The notes beneath the pieces are model-generated. The model saw nothing but the letters and a program-made list of their open reading frames with translations, made no database searches and was not told where the DNA came from. A stretch of 64,000 nucleotides of DNA, taken from the NCBI GenBank assembly GCA_951406725.2, contig OX597817.1, positions 3,782,001 to 3,846,000 on the forward strand, given 5' to 3'. A program made the position numbers and the translations under genes. The DNA comes from Octopus vulgaris. Taxonomy: Eukaryota. Positions 26,131 to 38,929 of the stretch are shown here, one piece after another (the stretch's first letter is position 1; each line of letters opens with the position of its first letter).

Positions 26131-26939
26131 CGTTCATTTTGTTTGTTTGTGCACATGTGTAGGGGGTCATGTATGTATGTATGTATGTATGTATGTATGT
26201 ATGTATGTATGTATGCATGCATGTATGTATGTATGCATGTATGTATGCATGTATGTATGCATGTATGTATGTATGTATTCGTGTGTGTGTGCATATGTAC
26301 ATATGTATGTATGTTTGTATTATCTATTCTGCATACTCATGTGTTTAGGTGTTCGTGTTTGTGTGTGTACCTCTGTCTCCTTATGTGTGCATGTATGCGT
26401 GTGTTTGTGAATGTGTTTTTGACTATATACTGTGTGTTTATGTATGGATGTGTGTCTCCATATGTATCCTTGTGTGAAGTGAAGTGTGTAGGTATATGGT
26501 CGCGTATTTCAGTCTTCATTTGCATATCTATGTGTGCTTGTCTGTTCATATTACCTATTACTTATCCGTCAGTATGTCTATCTGTCTACATTCATATCCG
26601 TTTACCTACATATATGTGCACATACATATATGTATACGTATACATACACAAACACTTACCTACACCTGCGTAACAGCCTATTAACTATTATATCTATATA
26701 TCAATATAAACTGTGGGTATGCGGGTATGATTAGCTATTATGTATATTTCCTATTTAGTACTGGGGATGTTTCATTTATGAGGACGTATATTTGTCTGAG
26801 TGTTGGTTTCTTTGGTTGCTTAGATAAAATGCAGATGTAAAGTTAAGCCAGGTTGCCTTCTTGTTGTTCCTTTAGCATGTTGGTAGTGTGTAGATTATGC
26901 AGCCACTCCAGCGCTTTCTAGACCCTACCCACACAAGAC

Positions 26940-28577
26940 TCTAAGAACAACAACCAGGTAAAAGCAATGGTTGCACATGCAATAGGGGCTAGCATAAGAC
27001 CACCTTGAAGAACCACATAGTAAAGTTTAACAAGAAATTATACATGCAGATTCAAGGTGCAGCCATTGGTGTCGGTGTAGACGGAAATGTGGTCGACCCC
27101 TTCATGACCTTGGAGGACATAAAATTTGAGCAATCCTTCTTAGAGCAGTCAACAACTCTTTTACTTTACAATAGGTATGTAGACGACAGTGATATCCTAG
27201 TTAAGACCGAGTCTAGTGATGGTAATGTGGAAACCAAGGGGAACATAATGGAGAGCATCCAGCAAGTAGCATCCATCCATCCACCAAAGTATCAGGGTAA
27301 CTATAGATTACCCCACTAGGCACTCCAACAATAGACTTCTCGTCCTTGATTCTGCACTTTGGTTAGAGACTGCGAACAACAGAGTGCAGCTTCTCTACTC
27401 CTATTACGTGAAAGCCATAGCTTGAAAATATACTGTTCACTATAACTCAGCTTTGTCCCACAACATGGACATTAACATACTGATAACAAACTTAGGATAA
27501 TGAACAACGTGTCCCTACTATGCAAACGTTATGAAACGAAAAGACATATACAGAACTTCATGCACCGCATGCAGTGCTCTGGATATGATCAGAAAGATAG
27601 GGTTCGAGTATTCAGGGGGGCTAGAAAGAAGTTAGTTCAAATTATATACTCTTTACTCTCTCTTTACTCTTTTACTTGTTTCAGTCATTTGACTGCGGCC
27701 ATGTTGGAGCACCGCCTTTAATCGAGCAACTCGACCCCGGGACTTATTATTTTGTAAGCCCAGTACTTATTCTATCGGTCTCTTTGCCGAACCGCTAAGT
27801 AACGGGGACATAAACACACCAGCATCGGTTGTCAAGCGATGTTGGGGGGACAAACACAGACACACAAACACACACACACACATATATATACATATACATA
27901 TATACGACGGGCTTCTTTCAGTTTCAGTCTACCAAATCCACTCACAAAGGTTTGGTCGGCCCGAGGCTACAGTAGAAGACACTTGCCGAAGGTGCCACGC
28001 AGTGGGACTGAACCCGGGACCATGTGGTTGGTAAACAAGCTACTTACCACACAGCCACTCCTGCGCCTATATGTAATGAAACCAGTGGTACCTTCTCTAG
28101 ATATAGACGTAAAGACTGGAAAAGAATACTAAGGGTTTGGGACAAATCAAAGAGAACACGTGGTACAAAACCGACAAATATCAGAGCGTAATGTTTGTAG
28201 AGATCACAGCCCATGAAGAACTAACCCGTAGATTTAGGAAAGCATTGAAGGAGACCGAACTCAACATTATGATCGTTGAAAAGCCAGGGAAATTCTGTCA
28301 GATCATAGCTATGTAGGACGTACCCCTTTGAGAATGCCATATTCACCAATGATAACTGCATGGTATGTAGAATTAACGGTAGAACTAGAAATGTAGTCTA
28401 CAGCATGAGGTGCATAGAAGGTGCATGTAAAAACATGAACATGACATACATAGGGGATACATCTAGGAGCATTGCAGAAAGAGTACATGTATATTTGAGA
28501 CAATATGACGACAAAAATCAGCCCTCCATTCTCTACGAACATCGTAGGGACCAACATGGAACGCAACTCGGATAACA
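26940..28577 (+). mobile_element. Penelope-like element (second lineage), RT plus GIY-YIG, decayed and interrupted by a SINE
   Basis: LYMQIQGAAIG..LYNRYVDD (27005-27319), MHRMQCSGYD, and after the SINE VMFVE..IVEKPG and NVVYSMRC..YIGDTSRSIAERV..SILYEH. Same family as 45143-45676. Confidence 0.9.
27648..28067 (-). mobile_element. SINE family 1, full length, well preserved
   Basis: Reverse complement has A-box TGGCTGTGTGG, B-box GGTTCAGTCCC and an (AAAGAGT) tail. Probable TSD tatat at 27643-27647 and 28068-28072. Confidence 0.93.
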
Positions 28578-28579
28578 GA

Positions 28580-28710
28580 CAGAGTCAACAACTATTTAAA
28601 AGGTTGCAAGACGCCACGAAAATTTTAACAAAAATAAATAAATGAGTGGAAACTTTACCAATGAGTGTGTTAAATAATAAGGCACTAAAAGAATGTGACT
28701 CTCCCCACAC

Positions 28711-28717
<7 letters not shown>
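28580..28717 (-). mobile_element. Unclassified interspersed repeat (possible LTR 5' end starting TGT), copy 2
   Basis: Minus strand begins tgttgtgtgtggggagagtcac next to (TA)n. Homologous to 26003-26130. Confidence 0.6.
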
Positions 28718-28756
<39 letters not shown>

Positions 28757-28763
28757 ATATATA

Positions 28764-29118
28764 TTCTTTTATTTGTTTCAATTATTTTACTTCGACCATG
28801 CTGGAGCACCACCTTAGTCGAACGAATCTTTTGCCGAACCGCTAATTTACGGGGACGTAAACACACCAACACCCGTTATAAAGCGATGGCTAGGGAACAA
28901 ACACAGACGCAGGCACACACACTCACACACTCATATATATATATATATATATATATATACGATGGGCTTCTTTCAGTTTCCGTCTGCCAAATCCACTCAC
29001 AAGGCTTTGGTCAACCCGAGGCTATAGTAGAAGACAATTGCCCAAGGTGCCACGCAGTGTGACTGAACCCATAACATTGTGGTTGGTAAGCAAGATACTT
29101 ACCACACAGACACACTGT
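28764..29118 (-). mobile_element. SINE family 1, internally deleted
   Basis: ccaaatccactcacaaggctttggtc..cccaaggtgccacgcagtg..cttaccacacag. Confidence 0.9.
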
Positions 29119-29894
29119 GTTCAGTACAAACATACACAAATATGCGCGCTCATATATTACATGTAAATATAGATATGTCTGTATTTGTGTGTATGAGTTT
29201 ATAAAACAACGTTATGCATGTGAGATAAGAACAACTACGGATAGCTTTCAATGTCTATCTACTAAATCTCTCTCTCACTCTCTCTCTCTCTCTCACTCTC
29301 TCTCACTCTCACTGCTTCTGGCTCGATATTTATGATACACAGAACACCAAGTTCTAGCAAGTTCAAAGAGGAAATAAGAGAGTAGTGGTGTTGGCGGGAA
29401 AAAAAAACAAAACGAAATAATAAAACACTGTGCTGTACGCCTACTTCTTTTATCGCGGTAGAGAGCCTTGCGACTGAGAGTGAAGTAGATTAGTTTGTAG
29501 ATGTGATTCGCTGTACTATTTACTGGGACACTTGAAGTAAAACTTTGATTAGTAATACTTGGAGAACAAAGTCAAATGTATTTTTAATATCTCCACTAGT
29601 TTAGCAGAATGTTTAATAATTCTTTTTTTTTTTCTATCATATCGAAACTATCTCATGAATGTTGAGATGGGTTACAAAGGTGATTTCCAAACAGCTTTTA
29701 CTGAGCCATCCCTATACTGGTTATCTTCACGGTGTTATGTAGGTTTTCACTGTATATAACATTTTTGAATCTACAAATGAAGTATATTTTCTAAAAAGAA
29801 TAGGTTAAGCAAAGACTTTCACTAGTGATAGTACTTCATCATTCAGCTGAAAGAAAACCGTTCATTTGTTAGGCAAGTCATCAATTATAAATAT

Positions 29895-29950
29895 ACTCCA
29901 AACATTTATCTGCCGTTGCGATCTGGCCTTCAACGGCGTCTTCAGAGTTT
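29895..29950 (-). ncRNA. Orphan degenerate hammerhead-like motif
   Basis: Minus strand reads aaact CTGAAGA c-gccgttg-aaggccagatcg-caacggc-a GAtA aatgtttgg agt. Perfect 7-bp helix II, mutated GAAA. Confidence 0.4.
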
Positions 29951-31329
29951 GCTAACACGGTATCGTTTTTCTAACCTTGCAAGCTGCATACCATTGCGGT
30001 CAGCTTAAACACTTCTGATATATTCAATCTTTCTTTACGCGTCAAATCCACTTAGGTTCTCCTTCCATGTACTATTCAAAACAATTTAGTCTTTCTACAT
30101 CAGAGGGTTTTCTACTCATATAATTGCATCTCTAACATTATTTTCTACGAAAATACTAAAATGAAAATGTTTTAGTATAGATCATTAACTTACTAACATC
30201 ATCCAGATATTCACATGCATTAGGACATACACTTAACGGCCTAAAATGATGCACACAGTTGCTGCACTTGGGATGAAAAATATAAAGCAATGCTCCAGGA
30301 CTGACAACCTAGGTGACTTCTTTACCTACATCATTAGCATATCATTGGGATTATCAATGTGATATTACAGTAATCTCTAAATACACACAATCGATTAAAA
30401 GTGTTACATGCCTACACCCCTCCTTAAAACTTCACAACCGTGCACATCCTCTATACCGCATATCATAATATTTTTCAACCACGATCAGAAACCATAAAAG
30501 AGCTTTGTATTTAAGATATGGATAGTTTTGAAAAGCTTACATCCCTCGTAGCTAGCCTTGTACAGACACAGCAAACAGGCAATTTCGAGGCTCTGTGGAT
30601 AAATTCGGAAAAAAAAATTATGGGAATTTTTCAAGGCGCTGGTTTAAATATTGACTATTACTTTATTGAGTATTACTATCCCTATATAATGTATCAAGTG
30701 GTATCTCTGACAATCCCCACCAATTGATAGAAATTTATTAACCTGAATTAAACGAATCTCAGTTGTCAGGCACAGTTATCTTTGATAGATATATATATCA
30801 TCACAATAAAACCTAGCTCGAACTTGCTATAAAGATCACTCAGAATATATGGAGAGCCTTCCGCTCAATATCCCAAAGACACAAATAAAGAAAAATGGAA
30901 TGTTGTAACCCACTATTCAGTGGGGTCACCAGCAGAATAAATAGTTGTGTTCTCCACTAACTATTTGCCATCACATTGAGATTCTGTCTATCTTTTTCTC
31001 TTTCTGCTTCTCATTTATTCCTTTGAATATAGGTTTGCATATCCATTGTATCTTGTTATGTTGCCATACCATCTTAGTTACTTCTTCGTTGTGAAATATT
31101 CTTTTGTGCTAATGTGAAACTGGATGATTTTGCAAACTTTTTTACTTGCGATGTGGTCCAAATTAAAGATGCCTTAAATGCGTGTTAGAATACCTTTTTA
31201 AGTACATGTATCTCTACAGTGAGAGACAGCATTTTTCATGAGTACAAAGGAATGGAAAGTACAGTTGCTCGAAGGAGTCTCATTTAGCTCTTTATAACGA
31301 TATCTTTTCTCCTCCACATTGGCTTCAGT

Positions 31330-32030
31330 TTGGGGAAAGACGTCAATATCTATGTGAACCTGACAAGGATTACATGTCTAAATGCTTTATCATTAATAAT
31401 TGCAACCCTAAACGCGGTGGAGAGTGTATCAAGAATGTTGAATAATTCATTCAATTCAAACTCCCCTTCTTGCCACTTAATCAATACCTATTTCTTTACT
31501 GCCCACAAGGGGGCTACATACAGAGGGGACAAACATGGGCAGACAAACGGATTAAGTCGATTATATCGACCTCAATGCGTAACTGGTACTTATTTAATCG
31601 ACCCCGAAGGATGAAAGGCAAAGTTGACCTCGGCAGAATTTGAACTCGGAACGTAGCAGCAGACGAAATACGGCTATGCATTTCGCCCGGTGTGCTAACG
31701 ACTCTGCCAGCTCGCCGCCCCCACTTAACCAATACCACCAGCAAAAGAGACATTTAAATTCCTCCCGCTGGAGCACGCAGGGTCCACATGGTTTTCCAGG
31801 ACATCGAACAACATCCAATCCAGGAATATGTTAAAGAGAAGGCTGAGGAAGAGGCAGCGTTGATGACCTCCTTAGGTGTATAGAGCCACTCACCATTGGT
31901 TCCTTGTTTGAGAAATGCCCTGTTTGTATTTGTGTGAGACTGTTGGAAGCCAGAAGTAAGCTTCTTCCTCAAGTTGCATTACTTTATTGTCGCCCGTAGT
32001 GTGTCATGCCATATTTTGTTAAAAGAATTA
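31330..32030 (-). mobile_element. Decayed RTE LINE RT relic, interrupted by a SINE
   Basis: SFNKIWHDTLRAT, GTNGEWLYT, CLFLSLLFNIFLDWM..LENHVD..GRNLNVSFAGGIG (FADD equivalent) and LDTLSTAF. Confidence 0.75.
31487..31720 (-). mobile_element. SINE family 2, full length, with 16-bp TSD
   Basis: Reverse complement of 39065-39300. TSD ccacttaa(t/c)caatacc at 31473-31488 and 31721-31736. Confidence 0.93.
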
Positions 32031-33045
32031 TTACTATCTATGAAAACATGGTATTGACCCTTTAGTTACTGAGAGGTTTGCAAATATATGTTACAAACCT
32101 GCTTTACCGAACTTCAGTATTTGCAGACATCTGCTTGCTTTTCGATTCTGACATGTACTACCGGGGGTCTCGGTTTATTTAGATACTCTGGGTTACAGAG
32201 GTAGTGATGAATCTGGACTCTCCAGAAATTTCGAGTCTATCAATATCAAACCTAAATAGTCCATAATTATCATCGTTATCGTGAGCATTTAATCTCCCAC
32301 CTCATGCTGCGACGGGTTGGACTTCAAAATACGAATATGTATGTATGCATCTGTGTATATATATATCGAATTTCCTTGAAAAGATATGTTACAAGAGAAG
32401 GGTTGTGTAGAACTGTCTGGAGTGGAATTTGGAATGGCAATACTCAGCAGCAATAATGGAATAACTAGAGTAAATAAACATGAATTAATAATTCATCTAT
32501 AGCTCAGAGGAGCTTCAGATTTCTTGACTTTCTCCCAATATTAACCATTTCTTAGACGCAGAGATCACAACTGGACAGTAAACATACCAACCTCACCAAA
32601 CGGAAAAATCGAAAGCGTTGTAAGTGCTACCCTTCATATTTTCTTTCTAACTAAATAGTGTATTTCATGGGTTTAATTATTTTTTGTTTCGCTGTCATTA
32701 TCCTCAAAAGAAAATTAATATTGTGTGAAAAGAGAAGTTATGTTGGGGCATTATCTATCTTTTTTTATTCAGTCACAAACAAAATAGATGTCATTGACTC
32801 TTTGTTTATTAATAAATATTTATGTTATTTATATATGTCGGTGACTCTTGCTTATAAATAAAAGTATTTTTGCTGTTTTTGTTTTTATTGCTCTAGCATT
32901 TCTCTGATGTAATTTTACATCAGAATTTATTGTTGTTGCTTTTGTTAATGGTTACATTATCTTTTATGTTGTTTATCCTCTTATTTGGCTGAGCATATAC
33001 ACATGCTCTAGATATTTATATAAGCCTGTATGTATAGTTATATAA

Positions 33046-33096
<51 letters not shown>

Positions 33097-33275
33097 ATCC
33101 AAACATGAAAACACAAAGAGAGATATATATATACATACATACGTAAGATATATATACACACGTGTGTATACATATACCTACATATATATATATCTGTATA
33201 TGAATATATGTATATATATACACACGTGTGTGTTTATATCTTATGTGTATATCTATCTATCTATCTATCTATATA

Positions 33276-33347
<72 letters not shown>

Positions 33348-33587
33348 TATATGCTATGATATGTGTGTATATGTGCGATATGTGTCTGTGTGTATGTTAG
33401 TTGTCTGGTGGTTGCATGCATTGAAGACTGGCACCTCGTAGTTGTTAGAGTTAAATCTAATCCAGATTCTAAATTTAGATACAGTCATGTACCAGACATT
33501 ACTTTCCCTCTAACTTGTCTGGCAAAGTCTACAAATATTAACTCACCGAATGTTTCATTGAAAATTATTCGCTCAGCTCCTTTTCAA

Positions 33588-33760
33588 CGGCAGCTTCGTT
33601 AGACCACCGGGCGAATTGCGTTTCGGTATTTCAACCGGCTCTCTACGTTGTGAGTTCAAATTCGGCGATATGAACTTCACCTTTGATTTTTCCAGAGTCC
33701 CTGAGATGAAGTAGGTTTTAAATAATAGAGATGTTGTAATACGCTAACTCCCCCCTCTGC
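33588..33760 (+). mobile_element. SINE family 2, degenerate
   Basis: cgttagaccaccgggcgaattgcg..tacgttgtgagttcaaattc. Confidence 0.7.
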
Positions 33761-35828
33761 ATTTTATGATTCTGTCAGAATCAGTTATTTCTGGTATTTC
33801 TTATAACTCCATAAACCGTGCTTGGGAGTTATATTGCTCTTACAACTCCCTTTCTTTCTTAGAAAGCCGCCCACTATGGTGGGAAACTGAGTGATATCCC
33901 GAATTGTGCGCGCTCTTTCTTGGGTTCTTTATCGGGGCTGATTCTAAGGGAAAGAGAAAACATGTTCGAATGGGTGAAAGGCAAAGTCGAGATTTGAAAA
34001 CAATATGTAACGATCCAGAATAATTGCGACACGGTATTCGACCTGCCATTCCTACCACTAACGTAAATGTGACTTCAATAAATTTGGATTGCATTAACCT
34101 CAGAGTGTTATTCTTACAACCTCGTCAAGCACACTCTGAAAAAGATAGGTTAAAAGAAGCTATTCCACGTTCAGAGTGAAAGAGAAAAAAAAAAGAATCC
34201 TCGGGGAGGTTGCATTTGTCATTCATTAAAATAGAATCCATAAGTAACAATTTCACCAGCAAAGGTACTAAAATTTAGTCGACTAGTTTGGAAACGAAAT
34301 CAACGTAGCTTGTTCCTTGGGTCAGATTTTAGTACATTTTATAGATTTAGATACATAGTTTTGTTTTACTCAAAGCGCATGAGTGAAAAGGTTTACTTTG
34401 ATTCTGAGTAGGAAAGTGTACTCAATTGATATGAGTTAACAGAGAATCTATGTGTCTTATCCAATCACCAACAAAGGCAACTGGTTAAGCATGACAAAAG
34501 TATTTCAATTTACAAAATTATTTGAATATCCAAATTTCGTTTGAGCCCTACCTTCATGCCATAAGAAATGGAGGAACATAATGTACCCTAGGTACACTGT
34601 GCTTGATTCAAGAAAAGATAGTTGCAATTGTAATGGTTTTAATGATAGAGTTGCGAGGTGTTTTATATAGATGGAAACTTTGCAAAAGACGGGCACCGAA
34701 GTAGCTTTAGGCACCGGAGAAGATATGGCTTCCGACTGAAACGGTAGATTCAAATCCCGTTGTTTCAAAATATTTGTTCCGTTAAGTTTTGTCTTAAAAG
34801 TTTATCAACAGGAGAAACTCTCCCCTCATTACACTGAGACCTAATGAGCTATAAAAGATTATTTTAGGAATAAGCACAGCTGAACATCCAATAAATAAAA
34901 ATTATTTGCAGGGGCACCGGTGTAAGGTTTAGAGAGAATGTTCCAAATCGTATGAGCAAATCAAGTTCCTTTTTGAAAATTATCTTAATTCATTTTGTGA
35001 TATCTCTAAAAATATATATTATTTTTGTCACTAAGTTATATCATATCATGCTGTGTTATGTGTTCTAATAGTACTAAAATTTTATCGTATAATATAGTAT
35101 AACATATAATTGCTCACAACATTTATTCGTCAAAATCTGTCTCATGTATTTTGTTGGAGTATGTGTCTGTGTGTATACGCAGATACACGCCTAAAAAAAT
35201 TATTCCATATATATGCATATATCCTAATAGACATGTATGCATGTATAAAAATACATACATACACACATATATATATAAATATATACATTAAATATATATA
35301 TAAATATATACATTAAATATATCTATATACATATATATTTAAGTATATATATATATATATATATATATTCATACATATATATACTTAAATATATGTGTGT
35401 GTGTGTGTACCTTGTCAGTTTATGTTATATAATAGACATTGTCAACGTCAATAAAATGAATTTACTCAATTCAGATTATATATTTATAGAATTTATAAAA
35501 CTGACTTACAAAATAGCGATCACATTTCACCAATTGATCTGAAGAGGATAAATATTATTTACTCTCTGAAGATTTGTAAGGAACCAGATAGCTATGTGTA
35601 TAACAGATATTGTATAACAGTGAATGATGTGCGTATTTTACGCGCGCACACACACACACCTCTGTATATCTATATACATATATATGCATAAAATACGTGA
35701 TTCAATTTCACTGCACACACACACACATAAATGTGTGTACGATTTTTGCGTGAGTGTGTTTTGTGTGTGTGTGCGCGTGCGAGAGCGTTTTTGTACATGT
35801 GCGTGTTTGTATGTATTTATGCATACGG

Positions 35829-35877
<49 letters not shown>

Positions 35878-35926
35878 TATATGTCCATATATTTAATTGA
35901 TGCACACTTATACAATCACACACACA

Positions 35927-35968
<42 letters not shown>

Positions 35969-36192
35969 TATATATATATAGATATATATAGTCCCATACA
36001 TTCTTGCATATCAATATATGTGTTGCATACATAGATTCTATACCAAAGAGCCACGGAATGTGAGCCGAAACTTCGAAGACAATGTCAGTCTCTCCGTGTA
36101 AAAATAAATATATATGGTACTTTGCTTAAAAGTATTGAGTATCGGACTATTCATATATAAGGTTTATGTACATACAGATAATAAATTGTGCA

Positions 36193-36227
<35 letters not shown>

Positions 36228-36469
36228 GTCTGTGTATGTACATATATCTATATATATATAAGCTCCCACATACAATTAGGCGTGTATGCGTGTGTACTTA
36301 TGTGTATGTATATTTTTTTTGTGTATGAGCGCACATGTATTCCTATGTGTGTGTGTGTGTGTGTGTGTGTGCGTTTGTGCATGTATGCGCGCACATGTAT
36401 ACATATATCACAGTATCACAATGCTGATCACATCATCAGTTGCTATTGTACTTCACTTGTCATAATGAA

Positions 36470-36780
36470 CTTCCAATTCAATCTTGATTGCGCCATTCCC
36501 TTCCATGTTGCCCCGAATCACTTTAACTAAATCATGTTCCTATCGTTGTGCAGGCTTTTCAATTGGTCTCTTCCAGTCTCTAGAATAGTACTTGGCAACT
36601 GTGTGGATCCATCCGATATCTGTAAGCCTTGCAACATGTCTGGTCCAGCGCAACTTGTGATTTCGCTATTCCGCGATCACATAATTGCCTCATTTCGAAT
36701 ATTATCTCGTAATAATAATCCTAGTATGGATCTTATAATGGCCCTTCGCGTCGTAGTCAGACTGTTTTACATCTCGTTCA
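36470..36780 (-). mobile_element. RTE LINE C-terminal fragment
   Basis: TTRRAIIRSILGLLLRDNIRNEAI..KLRWTRHVARLTDIGW..RDWKRPIEKPAQR. Confidence 0.8.
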
Positions 36781-36861
36781 GAGATTTATTATTGCTTGCA
36801 GACAGTTTTCCGAAATCAGTGACGGAAGTTACTAGAAAAACCTATCAGTATTTGCAAACAA

Positions 36862-36954
36862 GTCTCCCTTTCATCGTAAACCGGTAACTGCTGTACGCTG
36901 AAGACAGAAACTGCAGTCCGTGCGTGTCGCTTAGGTTTACGAGAGAGGGATGAC
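36862..36954 (+). ncRNA. Type-I hammerhead-like motif with intact core, palindromic helix III, no helix II and a long extended helix I
   Basis: tgtacg CTGAAGA ca GAAAC tgca GTC cgtgcg (36892-36924). Outer arms gtctccctttcatcgtaaacc and ggtttacgagagagggatgac are complementary. Confidence 0.65.
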
Positions 36955-37136
36955 CTCCATTTGCAAATATCATAAGGTTACAGAAAGTGTGCCTAAAGCC
37001 AGCTGGAGACGATGATCTCCCGGGACTAAAAGCTACAGTAACACCCACCCTTAGTGGTTAGCCATATTGAGATGGCTAGTATACTTTACATATATATATA
37101 TGCGTGTGTGTGTGTGCCTGTATGTGTGTATATATA

Positions 37137-37190
<54 letters not shown>

Positions 37191-37986
37191 GGTGTGTGTA
37201 TATGTGTGTGGGTGTACATGTATGTACATATTTATGCATGTGTATGTATGTGTGTATATATGTGTATATATTTGTATATGTATATATATATATATGTGTG
37301 TGTGTGTGTGCATGTGAATATATATATATATGTATATATACGTCTCGTTTGTATCTTACTCGTTTGTATCTTCCCTTACACTTCCCCCCTTGTATGTGTA
37401 TGTGTGAGTGTATGATCATGTGTGTATATGTGTATGTGTGTATGTATGACGTTATATCCTTATGTGGTGAGTGTATACGTTTTTCTATCACATGTAAATT
37501 TATATTTTTTTCCTTCATATATTCGTTTGTTTTCCTATTCTTTTTTTATTGTCTCCCCCCCCCCCCCCGGGCTAATTTTTGAGTAAGGTAACTCTCTTGA
37601 ATACACCTACCTGCCCTGTCAGTGACCGTTGCGTTTTCTTTGTTAATTCTTTTTTGTTTTGTCACCTCTGCTTTTATGTACATTTTTACTTAAACATTGC
37701 ATCTTTTTCAAGATGCAATTTAAGCCTCCTGTAATATATATGTGTTTCAATATTAATATGTAGATGTATAACTCTCTATGGCTTTTTTCTGCTATTGTAC
37801 ATTTTACGTTATATTCTAGTATACACACGTGGCCTTGTTTACATTATACTTCTTCTCGATCTCTTACTATTTCCTTAAAGATATCTGTTAGATTTTTATT
37901 TTTATGTTATAGTTGACTACTTGTATAGACTTGCTTACACATTGATATGCCTTTCTTTTTCCTTTTCGTCTCTCTCACTATTATTG

Positions 37987-38044
<58 letters not shown>

Positions 38045-38274
38045 CATTATTATTATTTTTCCTTTATAACTAGTTTGTAATTTTTTTCCTATTACTCCCA
38101 TCTTCATCTTCCATTATTGTATCTTATTTTATTTTATTAAAATTCTTTTGATATTCTTCCAAAAATTCCTCCCACTGATGAGAATGACAATGGTTAAATT
38201 TAATCATAATTACTATGATTATAACTTTTTTCTTACGTATTTGTATTGTCTATCGGAACGCGCGTATAATTATA

Positions 38275-38313
<39 letters not shown>

Positions 38314-38317
<4 letters not shown>

Positions 38318-38381
38318 AATGGAGCTGAACGACGATTTAACAAAAGGAATTTTGTTAAATCGTCGTTCAGATCCATTCTTT
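38314..38381. repeat. 32-bp near-perfect inverted repeat with 4-nt GGAA loop
   Basis: aaagaatggagctgaacgacgatttaacaaaa-ggaa-ttttgttaaatcgtcgttcagatccattcttt. 31 of 32 positions pair. Confidence 0.95.
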
Positions 38382-38544
38382 CATTTATTTGTATTAAAAA
38401 AACACACCAATTTCCACACGAAAGCACGTGATCTCTGCCCTTGGCATGTAGCTTCAACCGTGTTTTTCTGGCGTGAATTTGCTACCCAGGTATCGGTTAA
38501 CCGAATTATCCATACTAAGATAATTCATTCAACTACTTATATAT

Positions 38545-38897
38545 ATATATATATATATAAAAACAGCAAAATGTATGTGTGTGTCTCCTTTATATAAATT
38601 CACAATTTTTTAGTTAGAGGGCTCGCACTTTCTATGGTCATTCAAAACCCTCCAAGGGTGGTCATGCACATCTTTACATTTCCCCAGTCACACCGCAAAG
38701 CCATTAAAAAGTCAATAGAATCTTCTATCCAAAACCCAATCAAAATGCCCGAAACTTGATACGTCAATTGAATGCCAGCTAGCTGTATGTGATTGGTCGG
38801 AGATTTGGACAGTACTCGCGTGTATGCGTGCACGCACGCAGCTGTATATGCATGCAACTAGCACTATGACCCGGCGTTGCTGGGTCATAGTGTTAGT
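38545..38897 (+). mobile_element. Non-autonomous Helitron-like element
   Basis: Starts in (TA)n-aaaaacagcaaaatgtatgtgtgtgtc and ends in a GC-cored hairpin followed by (c/t)TAG|T. Confidence 0.65.
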
Positions 38898-38929
38898 ATA
38901 TATATATATATATATATATATACATACAT

